Positions 1-11,569 of a stretch of DNA of 64,000 bases are shown here, in pieces. Position 1 is the first letter of the stretch. Each line of letters starts with the position of its first letter. The position numbers and the translations under genes were made by a program. The DNA is taken from positions 1 to 64,000 of the forward strand of contig NW_021833431.1 in assembly GCF_006345805.1 (NCBI RefSeq). The letters run 5' to 3'. This DNA is from Octopus sinensis. Lineage: Eukaryota. Below the pieces are notes generated by a model. That model saw only the letters and a list, made by a program, of their open reading frames with translations, had not been told where the DNA came from and made no database searches.

Positions 1-758
1 GGGAGCTTACCACTTGCAAGAAAGCTCTGAAAAAGAAGCTGTAGCGGTTTTGCAAGGGCTCGTTTGCATGATTTGAGAAGGATCGCTGGGAATCCATCAG
101 GTCCAGCAGCTGAGTTTGTGTCAATCTCATCAATGGCTAGTGTGATATCATCTTCTTCGATGTTGATGTACTCAATTTTTGTCTCTTTGGCCGCTGGTAA
201 AGTGGCAAAGAATTCTTCTGGGTTGTTTACTTGCCTGTGTCCTAGAGGTGTAGTGAACACACTTTGGAACTGTTCGTTCAGTATTTCACTTATCCTCGTG
301 GGATTTCCTGTGAGAGAGCCATCTTTTTGGAAGAGAGTCCTATTCTCTGGTGCACTGTGGCTGTCTCTTTGGCAAACTTAAAGAAAGCTTTGGGTTTGAT
401 TTTATATTTTCTATTACCCAAGCTTCTTTATCTGCCTCTCTCCTTTTCATGGACTGATGTAGACTTTTCTCAGTTCCATTAGCATTCTTTCGAGCCGACA
501 CTTCTCACCACTTTTGGTGTGCTTGCTCAGGCGGTTTGCAATCCTTGTCCGTCGTCTCATAAGAATCCTCCTTTCTCTAGGGATCCTGTTTTTGTCTTGT
601 GTTGTGTGCTGCCCTGCACATTGGGAGTTAGACATATTTGCACTATGGCTTGTATTATGGACATGAAGTGTTGTGTTTCATGTTATGTCCGGTGTGGAGA
701 GACATTCAGGCCAATCTGTTTGAGGATCTCTTTCTCAATCGACTTCCAGTTGGCTTTA
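1..758 (-). mobile_element. CR1/L2-clade LINE ORF2 relic (linker between endonuclease and RT), runs off the left edge
   Basis: Minus-strand translation gives IENIKSNPKAFFKFAK...FQKDGSLTGNPTRISEILNEQFQSVFTT...IDEIDTNSAAGPDGFPAILLKSCKRALAKPLQLLFQSFLASGKLP, matching the NPKxF, FxSVFT and AxGPDG..LxxC...LAxPL..LF motifs preceding CR1/L2 RT. Frameshifts/stops upstream; cut at the (TA)n tract near 760. Confidence 0.85.
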
Positions 759-766
759 TGAAAGTT

Positions 767-1400
767 TAAGTATATATATATATATATACACGTAGATATG
801 CATGTACGTATGTCTGTATGGATGTAAGTATATGCTTTATGAAGACTTTGATCATTTAATTATGTATTGCCTTCTAATATCTAAGTATACATAAATATGC
901 AAATAATGACAGAGAACAACTATGTCTGTTTGTGTGTGTGTGTATATATATACAGATATATATGCAAATGTATTCATATATATATATATATATATAATAT
1001 ACATATATACACACAGATTATATATATATATATATATATATATACACAAATATGTATATATGTTATATATATATATACATACATATATACATATATATAC
1101 AAATATGTATATATATGTATATATATATATATATTACATACATATATACATATATATACAAATATGTATATATATGTATATATATAACATAAAGATATAC
1201 ATATATATACAAATATGTATATATATGTATATATATGTGTATATATATACATAAAGATATACATATATATACAAATATGTATATATAATGTATATATTAT
1301 ATATATATATACATACATATATAGATATATATATATATATATATACTATATCATATATATATATCATATATATATAGTGTGTGTGTGTGTGTAATATATA
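767..1400. repeat. Compound (TA)n/(TATACA)n/(TG)n microsatellite field
   Basis: Seen directly; source of the YIYI-type ORFs in the track. Confidence 0.95.
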
Positions 1401-1712
1401 AAAGAGAGAGAGAGAGAAAGAGTATGATGCAAGAATAATTGTATCGGTGTCTCCGTACGTGTACAAGAATTTGCATCAACGTGATAATGCTCTTAGATAT
1501 CTCTTTCTAATTTAGACATAAACATATAATAATCTGTAATATTTCAATACACGCGCACTCACTTGTAGACACATACTCATATAATTATATCTATACTTTC
1601 ATTATGTTAAATATGTTTTCATGTGTCGATGCCATACGCAGTAATTTTAGTAAATATTTATACAAACTTTCGAGTTAACCGTATTTTTAACAAAAATAAT
1701 TAATAATATACT

Positions 1713-2108
1713 CAGGCGCAGGAGTGGCTGTGTGGTAAGTAGCTTGCTAACCAACCACATGGTTCCGGGTTCAGTCCCACTGCGTGGCATCTTGGGCAAG
1801 TGTCTCTGCTATAGCCCCGGGCCGACCAATGCCTTGTGAGTGGATTTGGTAGACGGAAACGAAAGAAGCCTTCGTATATATATGTATATATATATATGTA
1901 TGTGTTGTGTGTGTGTGTCTGTGTTTGTCCCCCTAGCATTGCTTGACAAACGATGCTGGTGTGTTACGTCCCCGTCACTTAGGTTTGGCAAAGAGACCGA
2001 TAGAATAAGTACTGGGCTTACAAAGAATAAGTCCCGGGGTCGATTTGCTCGACTAAAAAGGTGGTGCTCCAGCATGGCCGCAGTCAATGACTGAAACAAG
2101 TAAAAGAG
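1713..2108 (+). mobile_element. SINE family B (tRNA-like head, CORE-like segment, internal (TA)n(TG)n, AAGAGT tail), full length
   Basis: Head CAGGCGCAGGAGTGGCTGTGTGGTAAG (A-box-like) and GGTTCAGTCCC (B-box-like), then CTTGGGCAAGTG; more than 10 homologous copies in the window. Confidence 0.9.
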
Positions 2109-2399
2109 AGACGTGTTGAGAAGTGCTCGTATTCTTAACAAGTTCTTCCTGATAGGTGCAATTGTGGATGTAAAAATTCTGGTAGATTTGGTGCCATCTT
2201 AGCATGCAGTTTACCTCATCATGCGTAATCTTTTCAATGAGATAATCTCATCCGGTTTATAGTTACTGGACATTGTTAGAGTTCCGAGTACGCGTTAGAT
2301 TTTAGGTTTGGGGGTTAGGGATTCGGGCTGACTTCAGGGATATTTTGAAGTTAGGTTTAAGGCTTAAAATCGGGTATAAGGATTAGGTTTGAACTGATA

Positions 2400-2627
2400 T
2401 ATTTCTTTATTGCCCACAAGGGGATAAACATAGAAGGGACAAACAAGGACAGACAAACGGATTAAGTCGATTACATCGACCCCAGTGCGTAACTGGTACT
2501 TAATTTATCGACCCCGAAAGGATGAAAGGCAAAGTCGACCTCGGCGGAATTTGAACTCACAACGTAACGGCAGACGAAATACCGCTAAGCATTTCGCCTA
2601 GCGTGCTAACGTTTCTGCCAGTTCACA
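2400..2627 (-). mobile_element. SINE family A (GCCTTTCATCCTTTCGGGGTCGATAAA core, tail type 1) with 13-bp TSD
   Basis: Flanked by GTTTGAACTGATA at 2387-2399 and 2628-2640; homologous to about 25 other copies or fragments in the window. Confidence 0.92.
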
Positions 2628-3566
2628 GTTTGAACTGATAACCTGACCGAAGTCTTTGGCGGGAGAATCTACGTAAAGTACAACAGATTGTTTGGTGGGA
2701 AGAGACAGGTTGTTCGGTTGAGCGAAGCAGAGGAGCCTATACTGCTGGTTAGACTCAGGAGAACAAAGGTAAAATGAGAATCAATACCTGAATAAGAAAG
2801 TAGAGAAGAATCACTGTGACCTTTTGATTGCAGCTCTCGATTTATTTAATGTGATGTTGCATCAGGAGTTGAAATCAAAACATCATATTAGTGAAATTTA
2901 CGTCAATTTTACGGGTAGCTTTTTCGATTTTAACAGCCATACACCCTTCCCCCACCCCGACGTGGTACCTTTAAAAGCTAAATGTATTGATATGTTTTTG
3001 AGTTAAGGTTTTGGCCACAAAGATATTTTTGCAATTAATGTATCAGGGAACCAAAAATTTATCGATTTGCGTTTTGGGGGTGTGTATGTTTATATAGACA
3101 TATATTGATTGATTGATTTTGTTTTCGTTTGTTCAATGTAATACTCAGTTACCAATAATATATAGATATACACTAGTGCTGACTTAACTAGATGTATGCA
3201 TACATACGTATACATAAATTAATAAATAATGACATATAGCAAAAAAAAAACTACAAACTAACAAATATAAGAATTATGGTAAAAGTTTAACGCTTGGAAA
3301 GCAAAATAGAGAAATGCAGGAATTCAGTATTTTCGAAAGTTGCCCTTTTCCTCGAAGGAAAGAGGAAAATAGGGCCCAAGAACTGTAGTGTATATATATA
3401 TATATGAAGAGAGAAAAAGAGCGAGGTTATGAGATGTAATGGTGTCATTGAGACCCAAAGTTGTAAGATAATGCTGAATAAGTGCTATAGATGGACCGCA
3501 GTTATGTTCCAGGTTCGGTGATTGTGCAAATAAGGGGTTAAACGTTGGTCATATGTCAGCGTGTGT

Positions 3567-3772
3567 ATATAAAAATTTTATTTCGTAATGAGATATAGAA
3601 AAAAACCAAGGCTGTATAGATTTTAGTACATTGATAGATAGAAGGTGTAAGACCTTTAACAGCCTTAAGACCTATCTATAAATAAATAACCTGGAAACAG
3701 CTGTAAGACATTCTATCTATAAATGTTTTAAAATCTACACAGCCTTGGTTCTTTATCTCATTACAAAATGAA

Positions 3773-3780
<8 letters not shown>
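3567..3780. mobile_element. Foldback/MITE-like element with about 75-bp imperfect inverted arms, abutting (TA)n
   Basis: Left arm ATTTCGTAATGAGATATAGAAAAAACCAAGGCTGTATAGATTTTAGTACATTGATAGATAGAA is the near reverse complement of the right arm TTCTATCTATAAATGTTTTAAAATCTACACAGCCTTGGTTCTTTATCTCATTACAAAAT. Confidence 0.75.
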
Positions 3781-3814
<34 letters not shown>

Positions 3815-4182
3815 CGAACTAGATTTTTGAATTTTAATTTGTATATAAGTACGAACAGTTGTATTCGTGCTTTGAAGCCGTTGTTTTTCTGTACTATGTA
3901 TCATGTAATTGTTCGTATTTATGGGTATTGGGTCTTATTACTCTGACGACGGAAAACGGGAATTTCCGCGTAATCCTGAAATCAATTCACATGTAATTGA
4001 AACTTTTCATGAATCTTTTTCACTCATTTACCCGAGTTCGGCGCGCGTTTCTTGTGATATTGAAGGCAGTTTTGCGCCATTTGGCTTCTTCTTTCAGCAT
4101 ATGGCTAAAGCTTGGGTACTTATTCGCTTGCCCTAAATAAATATATATGTGTGTGTGTGTGCGTATATATATTTATATTTAT

Positions 4183-4214
<32 letters not shown>

Positions 4215-4311
4215 CCTTCTAGCAATCTCAAGGCTTTGGTTGGCCCTATGCAATAGTAGAAATCTTGAAACCACGTAGATAGGAAGTAGACTTCTTACCA
4301 CATTAGATATA

Positions 4312-4722
4312 CTATTTTACTCTTTTACTTGTTTCATTTATTTGACTGCGGCTATGCTGGAGCACCGCCTTTAGTCGAGCAAATCGACCCCGGGACTTAT
4401 TCTTTGTAAGCCCAGTACTTATTCTATCGGTTTCTTTTGCCGAACCGCTAAGTGACGGGGACATAACACACCACCATCAGTTGTCAAGCAATGCTAGGGG
4501 GACAAACACAGACACACAAACACACACACGCATATATATATATATATATACATATATACGACAGGCTTCTTTCAGTTTCCGTCTACCAAATCCACTCACA
4601 AGGCATTGGTCGGCCCGAGGCTATAGCAGAAGACACTTGCTCAAGTTGTCACGCAGTGGGACTGAACCCGGAACCATGTGGTTGGTTAGCAAGCTACTTA
4701 CCACACAGCCACTCCTGCGCCT
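4312..4722 (-). mobile_element. SINE family B, full length
   Basis: Reverse complement of 1713-2108. Confidence 0.92.
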
Positions 4723-4959
4723 ATGGGAAAAATAGAAAGTTGAAATCAGATTTACGTAGCGTTAAAGATATGTGTGTGTCCTCGTAGCTGAATTTGACAC
4801 GAATTATTTGTTACTTGATAGATTTTTTTTCTTTTCTCCAAGAAGCAAATCGTTGTTTATTGTGACCTTTATACGCAGACTCCATTCCATTATGCATATG
4901 AACTTTATAGAAAGTGTCCATAAATTACCTGTACAATTTTCAAAAATTCAGAATAAAAA

Positions 4960-5100
4960 TAAAACCCCAGATCGACTCCGAAAGAATGAAAGGCAAAGTC
5001 GACCTCGGCGGAATTTGAACTCAGAACGTTGCGGCAGACGAAATACTGCTAAGCATTTCGCCCGGCGTACTAACATTTCTGCCAGCAGGCCGCCTTTGAG
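4960..5100 (-). mobile_element. SINE family A, 5' part
   Basis: GAAAGGCAAAGTCGACCTCGGCGGAATTTGAACTCAGAACG...TTCTGCCAGC matches the family A head and core. Confidence 0.88.
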
Positions 5101-5635
5101 TCCACGATATACCATTGATGAAGCGCCACTGTACAATATACTAATGTAATTGTTCCTTGGTTTCAGAGATCAGATCTCCGAAGTATGCAAATTAAATTTG
5201 AGGGATTAATTGTTAATAGCTTGCAATTATCTCCCCCTTTACCTTGAGAGTCGCTAAAAGCTGCCTCTCGATTTTTGTCTTCCCTAAGGTATACAAACGC
5301 AAATAATTGGGTTGCATGAGTGTGAGTGTATGTACACACATATATGCTCACATATATCTCCATATATGTACCTAATACGTTTTAAAGACACACATACACA
5401 CACAAATGTATATATACACGCTCACACACACAAACATGTATGAACACATACACGCTCACAAACACACACACATATATATAATTATATATGAATATGTCAA
5501 TCTGTATGTCACCATTTAAACCATTCGTCCAAATGCGTCTCATTGAGCAATTCGAGTTAGTTCCCTTAGAAACTTTCGTTTCTTAAAATTGCTATAAAAC
5601 ATTTCGACGCTGAATCGAACGCTCATTAACATTTG

Positions 5636-5666
<31 letters not shown>

Positions 5667-5709
5667 GTAGTAGTAGTAGTAGTGGTAGTGGTGGTGGTGG
5701 TGGTGGTGG

Positions 5710-5905
5710 TCCCTTGTTGATGACGACTAATTCCGAGCCTTTCAGAATTTCTCGGATAGAATTATCTCAGGCTTCCTTCATGTGGGGTAGTTTGTGATTT
5801 TGGGACAAATTGGCAATTATTTCTAGCAGGTCAAGAGACTACTTAGAAGTCCTGTCCAATGAAAGTCGACCTGTTTAAGGGAGTCTCGATGGTATTTTGA
5901 TACCA
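5710..5905. mobile_element. Interspersed repeat family D (copy 1), adjoining (TTA)n(GTA)n(GTG)n
   Basis: Homologous to 18575-18890 (GATGACGACT...GGGACAAATTGG.AATTATTTC.AGCAGGTCAAGAGAC); both copies follow the same graded trinucleotide tract. Confidence 0.7.
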
Positions 5906-5924
5906 AACGCAAAAGTAGCAGCAT

Positions 5925-6208
5925 CAATAACATCATCATCATCATCATCAATGTCATCAGTGTCAGTAAATGTAGTAGTAGTAATAGTAGCAGCAGAAGC
6001 AACAGCAGTAGTAGTAGCTACAGTAGCAGCAACAGCAACAAGAGCATTAATAGTTGTAGTAATTTTATTAACAGTAGTAATAGTAGCTCTATTACTAGGA
6101 GGAGGAGGAGGAGGAGGTAGAGGAGGAGGAGGAGAAAGCTGCAGTAGCAGCAGTAGTAGTGTAGTAGTAGTAATAGTAGCAGCAGTAGTAGCAGCAGCAG
6201 TAGTAGTG

Positions 6209-6240
<32 letters not shown>

Positions 6241-6259
6241 CGTAGTAACAGTAGTAGTT

Positions 6260-6291
<32 letters not shown>

Positions 6292-6790
6292 CGTAGTAAC
6301 AGTAGTAGTAGTAGTAGTAGTCAGGTGAATCAGTCGCTGCCAAGTTAGTCAAGGTTGTCGTCCTTTAACCGTTCCGATGTCCATCCTGTGAATAAACAGT
6401 CAGTTCCTTCCTGATCGATACATATCGATGCCATTGGCCCGGCTTGTCTTGCAAACGTTATTGGTTACTTAAAACTGTAGTGATTACGACAACCACCACA
6501 ACGATGGTGTGTATGATGATGGTGGTGGTGATGGTAGTGGTGATGGTGGTAGTGGTGGTGATGATGGTGATGGTGGTGATGATGGTGGTGGTGATGATGG
6601 TGGTGGTGGTGATGGTGGTGGTGGTGATGGTAGTAGTAGTGATGATGATGATGGTGGTGGTGATGATGGTGGCGGCGATAGTGAAGGTGATGACGACGAT
6701 GATGAATGACGGTGGGGGATTCGATGAAGATGGTAATGACGATGATAATGATGACATTGATGATGATTAGGAGGAGGAGGAGGAGGAAGA
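5925..6790. repeat. Trinucleotide microsatellite blocks (TCA, GTA/GCA, GGA, GAT/GGT)
   Basis: Seen directly; produces the poly-V/G/D/T ORFs. Confidence 0.92.
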
Positions 6791-7087
6791 GGGGGAGTTG
6801 GATGTTAGTCGTTAAAATGTTATTGGTGGTGTTCGAACGATGATTTTTTTTTTTTTTACCTTCAGTGATAATTGTAGTGTGGAAAGTACTAATGGTGGGG
6901 CACCGGTGGCGGCAAGGGAAGCCGTATTGGTGTTCTTAGTAGTTGTGGCATTAATGAAGCAAACAGTGGTACTTGTAGTAACTAGTAGCACCGACTGAAT
7001 GGTTATTTTCTTAGTAGCAGCAGGAGCAAATAAGAAAAGAAAAGCAGTATTAGTAGTAGTAGTAGCGGATCTGAAGTTGCTAATATT

Positions 7088-7520
7088 ATTTGGCAGAAAC
7101 GTTAGCACGCCGGACCAAATACTTGGCGGCATTTCGTACGTCTTTACGATCTAAGTTCAAATGTCAACCAGGTCGACTTTGCTTTTCACCCTTTCGGGGT
7201 CGACAATATAAATACCTATTTCTTTATTACCTACAAGGGGCTAAACACAGAGGGGACAAACAAGGACAGACATAGGTATTAAGTCGATTGCATCGACCCC
7301 AGTGCGTAACTGGTACTTAATTTATCGACCTCGAAAGGATGACAGGTAAAGTCGACCTCGGCGGAATTTGAACTCAGGACGTAACGCCAGACGAAATACG
7401 GCTATGCATTTCGCCCGGTGTGCTAACGTTTCTGCCAGCTCGCCGCTAAATACCAGTTAAACAATGGGGGTCGATGTAATCGACTTACCCACACTCCTGA
7501 ATTTGCTGGCCTTGTGCCAA
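7088..7520. mobile_element. Older + strand SINE-A (tail type 2) interrupted by an inverted young SINE-A (7217-7446)
   Basis: The outer element resumes after the insert; TAAATACC is duplicated at 7209-7216 and 7447-7454. Confidence 0.85.
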
Positions 7521-7574
7521 AAATTTGCAACTATTATTATTATCATCATTATTATTATTATTATTATTATTATT

Positions 7575-7765
7575 GAGGCGGCGAGCTGACAGAATCGTTA
7601 GCACGCCTGGCTGTCTTCTCGTTCTGAGTTCAAATGCTGCTGGGGTCGATTTTGCCTTTCATCCTTTCGGGGTCGATAAATTAGGTACCAGTTACGCACT
7701 GGGGTCGATGAAATTGACTGGTCCTCGCCCCTAAAATTTCAGGCCTTGTGCCTATAGAAGAAAGG

Positions 7766-7770
<5 letters not shown>
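7575..7770 (+). mobile_element. SINE family A, tail type 2 (GGCCTTGTGCC...(ATT)n)
   Basis: Same head and core as family A, with a different 3' end followed by (ATT)n. Confidence 0.85.
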
Positions 7771-7804
<34 letters not shown>

Positions 7805-7805
<1 letters not shown>

Positions 7806-8215
7806 GGAGGTGAGCTTGGCAGAAACGTTAGCACTCCGGGCGAAATGCTTAGCGATATTTCGACTGCCGCTACGTTCTGAGTTCAAATCCCGCCGAGGTC
7901 GACTTTGCCTTTCATCCTTTCGGGGTCGATTAAATAAGTACTAGTTACGCACTGGGGTCGATATAATCGACTTAATCCGTGTGTTTGTCCTTGTTTGTCC
8001 TATCTGTGTTTAGCCCCTTGTGGGTAATAAAGAAATAGGCATTTCGTTTGCTGCTACGTTCTGAGTTCAAAATTCACCAAGGTCGACTTTGCCGTTCACC
8101 CATTCAAGGTCGATAAATTAAGGACCAGTTAAGAGCTGGGGTTGATGTAATCCACTTGTCCCTTCCCCCAATGTCGGGCCTTGTGGCTACAGTAGAAAGG
8201 ATTATTACCATTATT
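7805..8215 (+). mobile_element. SINE family A head-to-tail dimer
   Basis: A full unit ending AAAGAAATAGG is fused directly to a head-truncated unit (CATTTCG...) ending in tail type 2. Confidence 0.85.
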
Positions 8216-8619
8216 ATTATTAGTAGTAGTGGTAGTAAGAGCAGCAGTAGCAGTAGTAGTGGCAGTAGTAGTAGTAGCAGCAGCAGTAGTAGTAGCAGCA
8301 GCAGCAGTGGCGAAAATATCGATGCTGCTGTTGGCACAATTATTAGTAGTACTGCTACTACTACTAAATGTTTCCGCGAGCGTCTGCATGGTTGTTCGAC
8401 TTGCTAGAAATAGATGTCAAGTCACACCTTTACCGTCGTAAACAAGCAAGGCACAATTAAAACCCACGTTTTAATTTTTGAACGCTTTATGAGATATGAA
8501 CTCAATACACGGTGCCTAATGCTTTCTTCATCTGACCTCAGAACCTCGTGGGCCCCTGTTTGGATAGATTTTATATTTGTATTTACTCTCTCACTCCCTC
8601 TGTTTTTCTTTCTTTCTTT

Positions 8620-8662
<43 letters not shown>

Positions 8663-8699
8663 ATCTCTATATATGTGTGTGCGTGTGTGTACGTGTTTG

Positions 8700-8925
8700 T
8701 GTGTGCGCGTGTTTGAGTCTGTGTTTCTCCCTCCACTGCTTGACAACCGGTGTTAGTGTCTTTATGTCCCCGTAACTTAGCGGTTCGGCACAAGATTCGA
8801 TGGAATAATAATTACCAGACTTAAAAGGAAAGAAAGAAAGAAAAAAAACGTACAGGTACCGATTCATTCGACTAGGACACTTCAAGCCGGTGCCCCAGCA
8901 CGGCCACAGTCTAATGGCTTGAAGG
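8700..8925 (+). mobile_element. SINE family B, diverged 3' half
   Basis: GCTTGACAACCG..GTGT..TTATGTCCCCGTAACTTAGCGGTTCGGCA...GGTGCCCCAGCACGGCCACAGTC. Confidence 0.8.
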
Positions 8926-9740
8926 AAGTAAGACATAAAAGCTGGAAGATCAAAATAACGGGATGGTCTAAGCTGGAAAGGCTCGGATTATGCATCATCT
9001 CGATGAAGGTTTGACCGAGGGCTAAAAAAGTACCACATTTAACATCAACAACACGTAACCGACAAACACCGAAACCAAAACACCAACACAGCTACATCCA
9101 CCACCACTACCACCACCACCACAGATAAGGATATAAACAACTCCATCACCAACTTTAGTACTACTACTACTAACAACAACAGCAGCAATAACAAAATGGC
9201 GGTAATAACTACAACATTATTACCGACAACATCTGCTATTACTACGCTTGCTACTATTACTACTTCTCTTGCTGCAGTCCCCAATGTTGATACTGCGGAT
9301 GCTACTGCTGCTACTACTACTACTACTATTGCTACTACTACTACTGCTACTACTACTACTACTACTGCAGCTACTTACCCATATTCGTACCAACTCACAT
9401 ATACATACGCATATGCGTACGTTCATACAATCGCACATACACAGAAACACATTACATACGCACGTATATATGTACATACGTATCTAATAACATCGCCTGA
9501 AGCCTCTCTCTCCTCTCTCTCTCGCACACACACACACACACATACACAATTTCCCGCTCTTTCTATCTTTCTCTCTCTCTCCATCGTCCTTTCTTCCTTC
9601 TGTCCTTCCTTACTTTCTGCTATTTCTGACACTTTCTATTCACAACAGCCAGGACTTCCCTCAAAAATTTTCTGCTGGTGATTTTTACCAATATCACTGC
9701 GTCATGCAATGCCGAAGTACGTTAATATAACTCTATCAAA

Positions 9741-10400
9741 GGCGGCGAGCTGGCAGAAACGTTAGCGCGCCGGGCGAAGTGCTTAGCGGTACTTCGTCTG
9801 CCGCTATGTTCTGAGTTCAAATTCCGCCGAGGTCGACTTTGCCTTTCATCCTTTCGGGGTCGATAAATTAAGTACCAGTTACGCACTGGAGTCGATGTAG
9901 TCCACTTAATCCCTTTGTCTGTCCTTGGTTGTCCTCTCTGTGTTTAGCCCCTTGTGGGTTGTAAAGAAATAAGAAACGTTAAGCACGCCGGGCGAAATGC
10001 TTAGCGGTACTTCGTCTACCGCTACGTTCTGAGTTCAAATTCCGCCGAGGTCGACTTTGCCTTTCATCCTTTCGGGGTCGATAAATTAAGTACCAGTTGC
10101 GCACTTTGGTCGATGTAATCGAATTAATCCGTTTGTCTGTCCCTGTTTTTCCCCTATATGCTTAGCCCCTTATGAGAAATAAAGAAATAAGAAACGTTAG
10201 CGCGTCGAGCGTAATGCTTAGCGGTATTTCGTCTGTCTTTACGTTCTGAGTTCAAATCCTGCCGAGGTTGACTTTGCCTTTCATCCTTTCGGTGTTGATA
10301 AATTAAGTACCAGTTGCGTAGTGAGATTGATCTAATTGAAAGGCCCCACTCCCCCGAAATTTCGGGCCTTGTGTCTAGAGTAGAAAAGAATATAACTATC
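9741..10400 (+). mobile_element. SINE family A head-to-tail trimer
   Basis: Units at about 9741-9970, 9971-10189 and 10190-10400, joined at AAAGAAATA|AGAAACGTTAGC. Confidence 0.9.
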
Positions 10401-10548
10401 CCAGCAGGAAAGTAATTTCTCATATACCGTTTCGATTCCGAATTGTGTACACTGTTTTTTCACAGTAATTCTTGAATATCTCAATATTTTATTTCATCTT
10501 ATACGTCAGTTTATTTAGCTATCTATCTCTTCACCTGTATTTACCTGC

Positions 10549-10584
<36 letters not shown>

Positions 10585-10714
10585 ATATCTATCTATCTAT
10601 CTACATAATGTTTTTTTTACTAATGTTAGTCGCTGGGTCGAGGCCATGCTGGAGCATTGGAATCACGAGTCTAAATCCCATTTGTCGAAACGTTAATTTA
10701 CAGGTTAAACCAAA

Positions 10715-10935
10715 GCAGTGAGTTGGCAGAATCGTTAGCACACGGCGCAGAACGCTTGGCACCATTTCGACCGTCGTTACGCTTTGTGTTCAAATTCTGG
10801 CCTCGCCAACTTTGCTTTTTATCATATCGTTCGTCGATGAAATAAGCACCAGTAGTACACTGGGGTCTATGCAACTGACTTAAAACCCAACCACCTGAAA
10901 AATCTCATAATTGTGCCTTAATTTGAATCTAAATT
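10715..10935 (+). mobile_element. SINE family A, old diverged copy (tail type 2)
   Basis: TGGCAGAATCGTTAGCAC...GTTCAAATTC...GATGAAATAAGCACCAG...TGGGGTC; similar old copies at 12470-12670 and 14030-14215. Confidence 0.7.
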
Positions 10936-11097
10936 ACAGGCTAAATCACACACATACAATTGCAGTGATTTCTTTGCCGTCTGTTGCTGCTGTTATTGTT
11001 GTTCTTTGTTCATATGTCTAAGATCAGAAGCATATCAACCATGAACACTTCGTAGTTCCTTCCTTATACACACACACACACACACCACACACATACT

Positions 11098-11139
<42 letters not shown>

Positions 11140-11174
11140 TATAATATATATATATCATATATATAAATAAATAT

Positions 11175-11465
11175 AATGAAGATGTGAGTTGAACACGAAT
11201 TAAAAAAATTCCTTTATTTTCGACATATGTTTCGAAGGCTGCATATTCCTAATTGCGAAGGAATAAGGAGTATATTATGCCGCTTTCTCATCAGGAAAAG
11301 CAAGGAACTTATGTCAACATCAAGATGCACAAAAAGATGTTTAAAAAAAAACATACAAATTTCCACACGAAAGCACGTAACTTCAAACGTATCTTCTCTG
11401 ATGTGAATTTGCTACCCAGGTATCGGTTAACCGAATTATCCATAACAAGATAATTCATTCAACTA
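11175..11465 (-). mobile_element. (TA)n-flanked Penelope-like/retrozyme-like remnant carrying a hammerhead ribozyme
   Basis: Unique segment between two (TA)n tracts containing the hammerhead below followed by AATAAAGG. The association of such hammerheads with Penelope pseudo-LTRs is established; no RT or GIY-YIG ORF is visible here. Confidence 0.55.
11211..11305 (-). ncRNA. Type I hammerhead ribozyme (minimal, palindromic stem III)
   Basis: Minus strand: ccttgcttttc CTGATGA Gaaagcggcata...tatgcagccttC GAAA C atat G TC gaaaataaagg. Core nucleotides are all canonical. Stem I is 5 bp plus 4 bp around a 2x2 mismatch, stem II is closed by G10.1-C11.1, stem III is the palindrome ACATATGT, and the GUC triplet is at 11224-11222. 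Confidence 0.82.
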
Positions 11466-11569
11466 CTCAAATATATATATATATGGAGGCCAAACAGTCA
11501 CATTCCTTTTTCTTTATTTCTGTGGGAGATGTCAGTTATGTTGATATAGTTAAGTGTGCGTGTGTGAGT

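Noticed and set aside
64-381. 105-aa plus-strand ORF
   Set aside because: Antisense shadow of the LINE ORF2 relic on the minus strand.
3943-4100. Hammerhead-like fragments (CTGACGA with a CGGAAA/TTTCCG stem on plus; GAAACGCGCGCC on minus)
   Set aside because: Core incomplete in both orientations: no GAAA after stem II on plus, no NUH or stem I on minus. At most a decayed relic.
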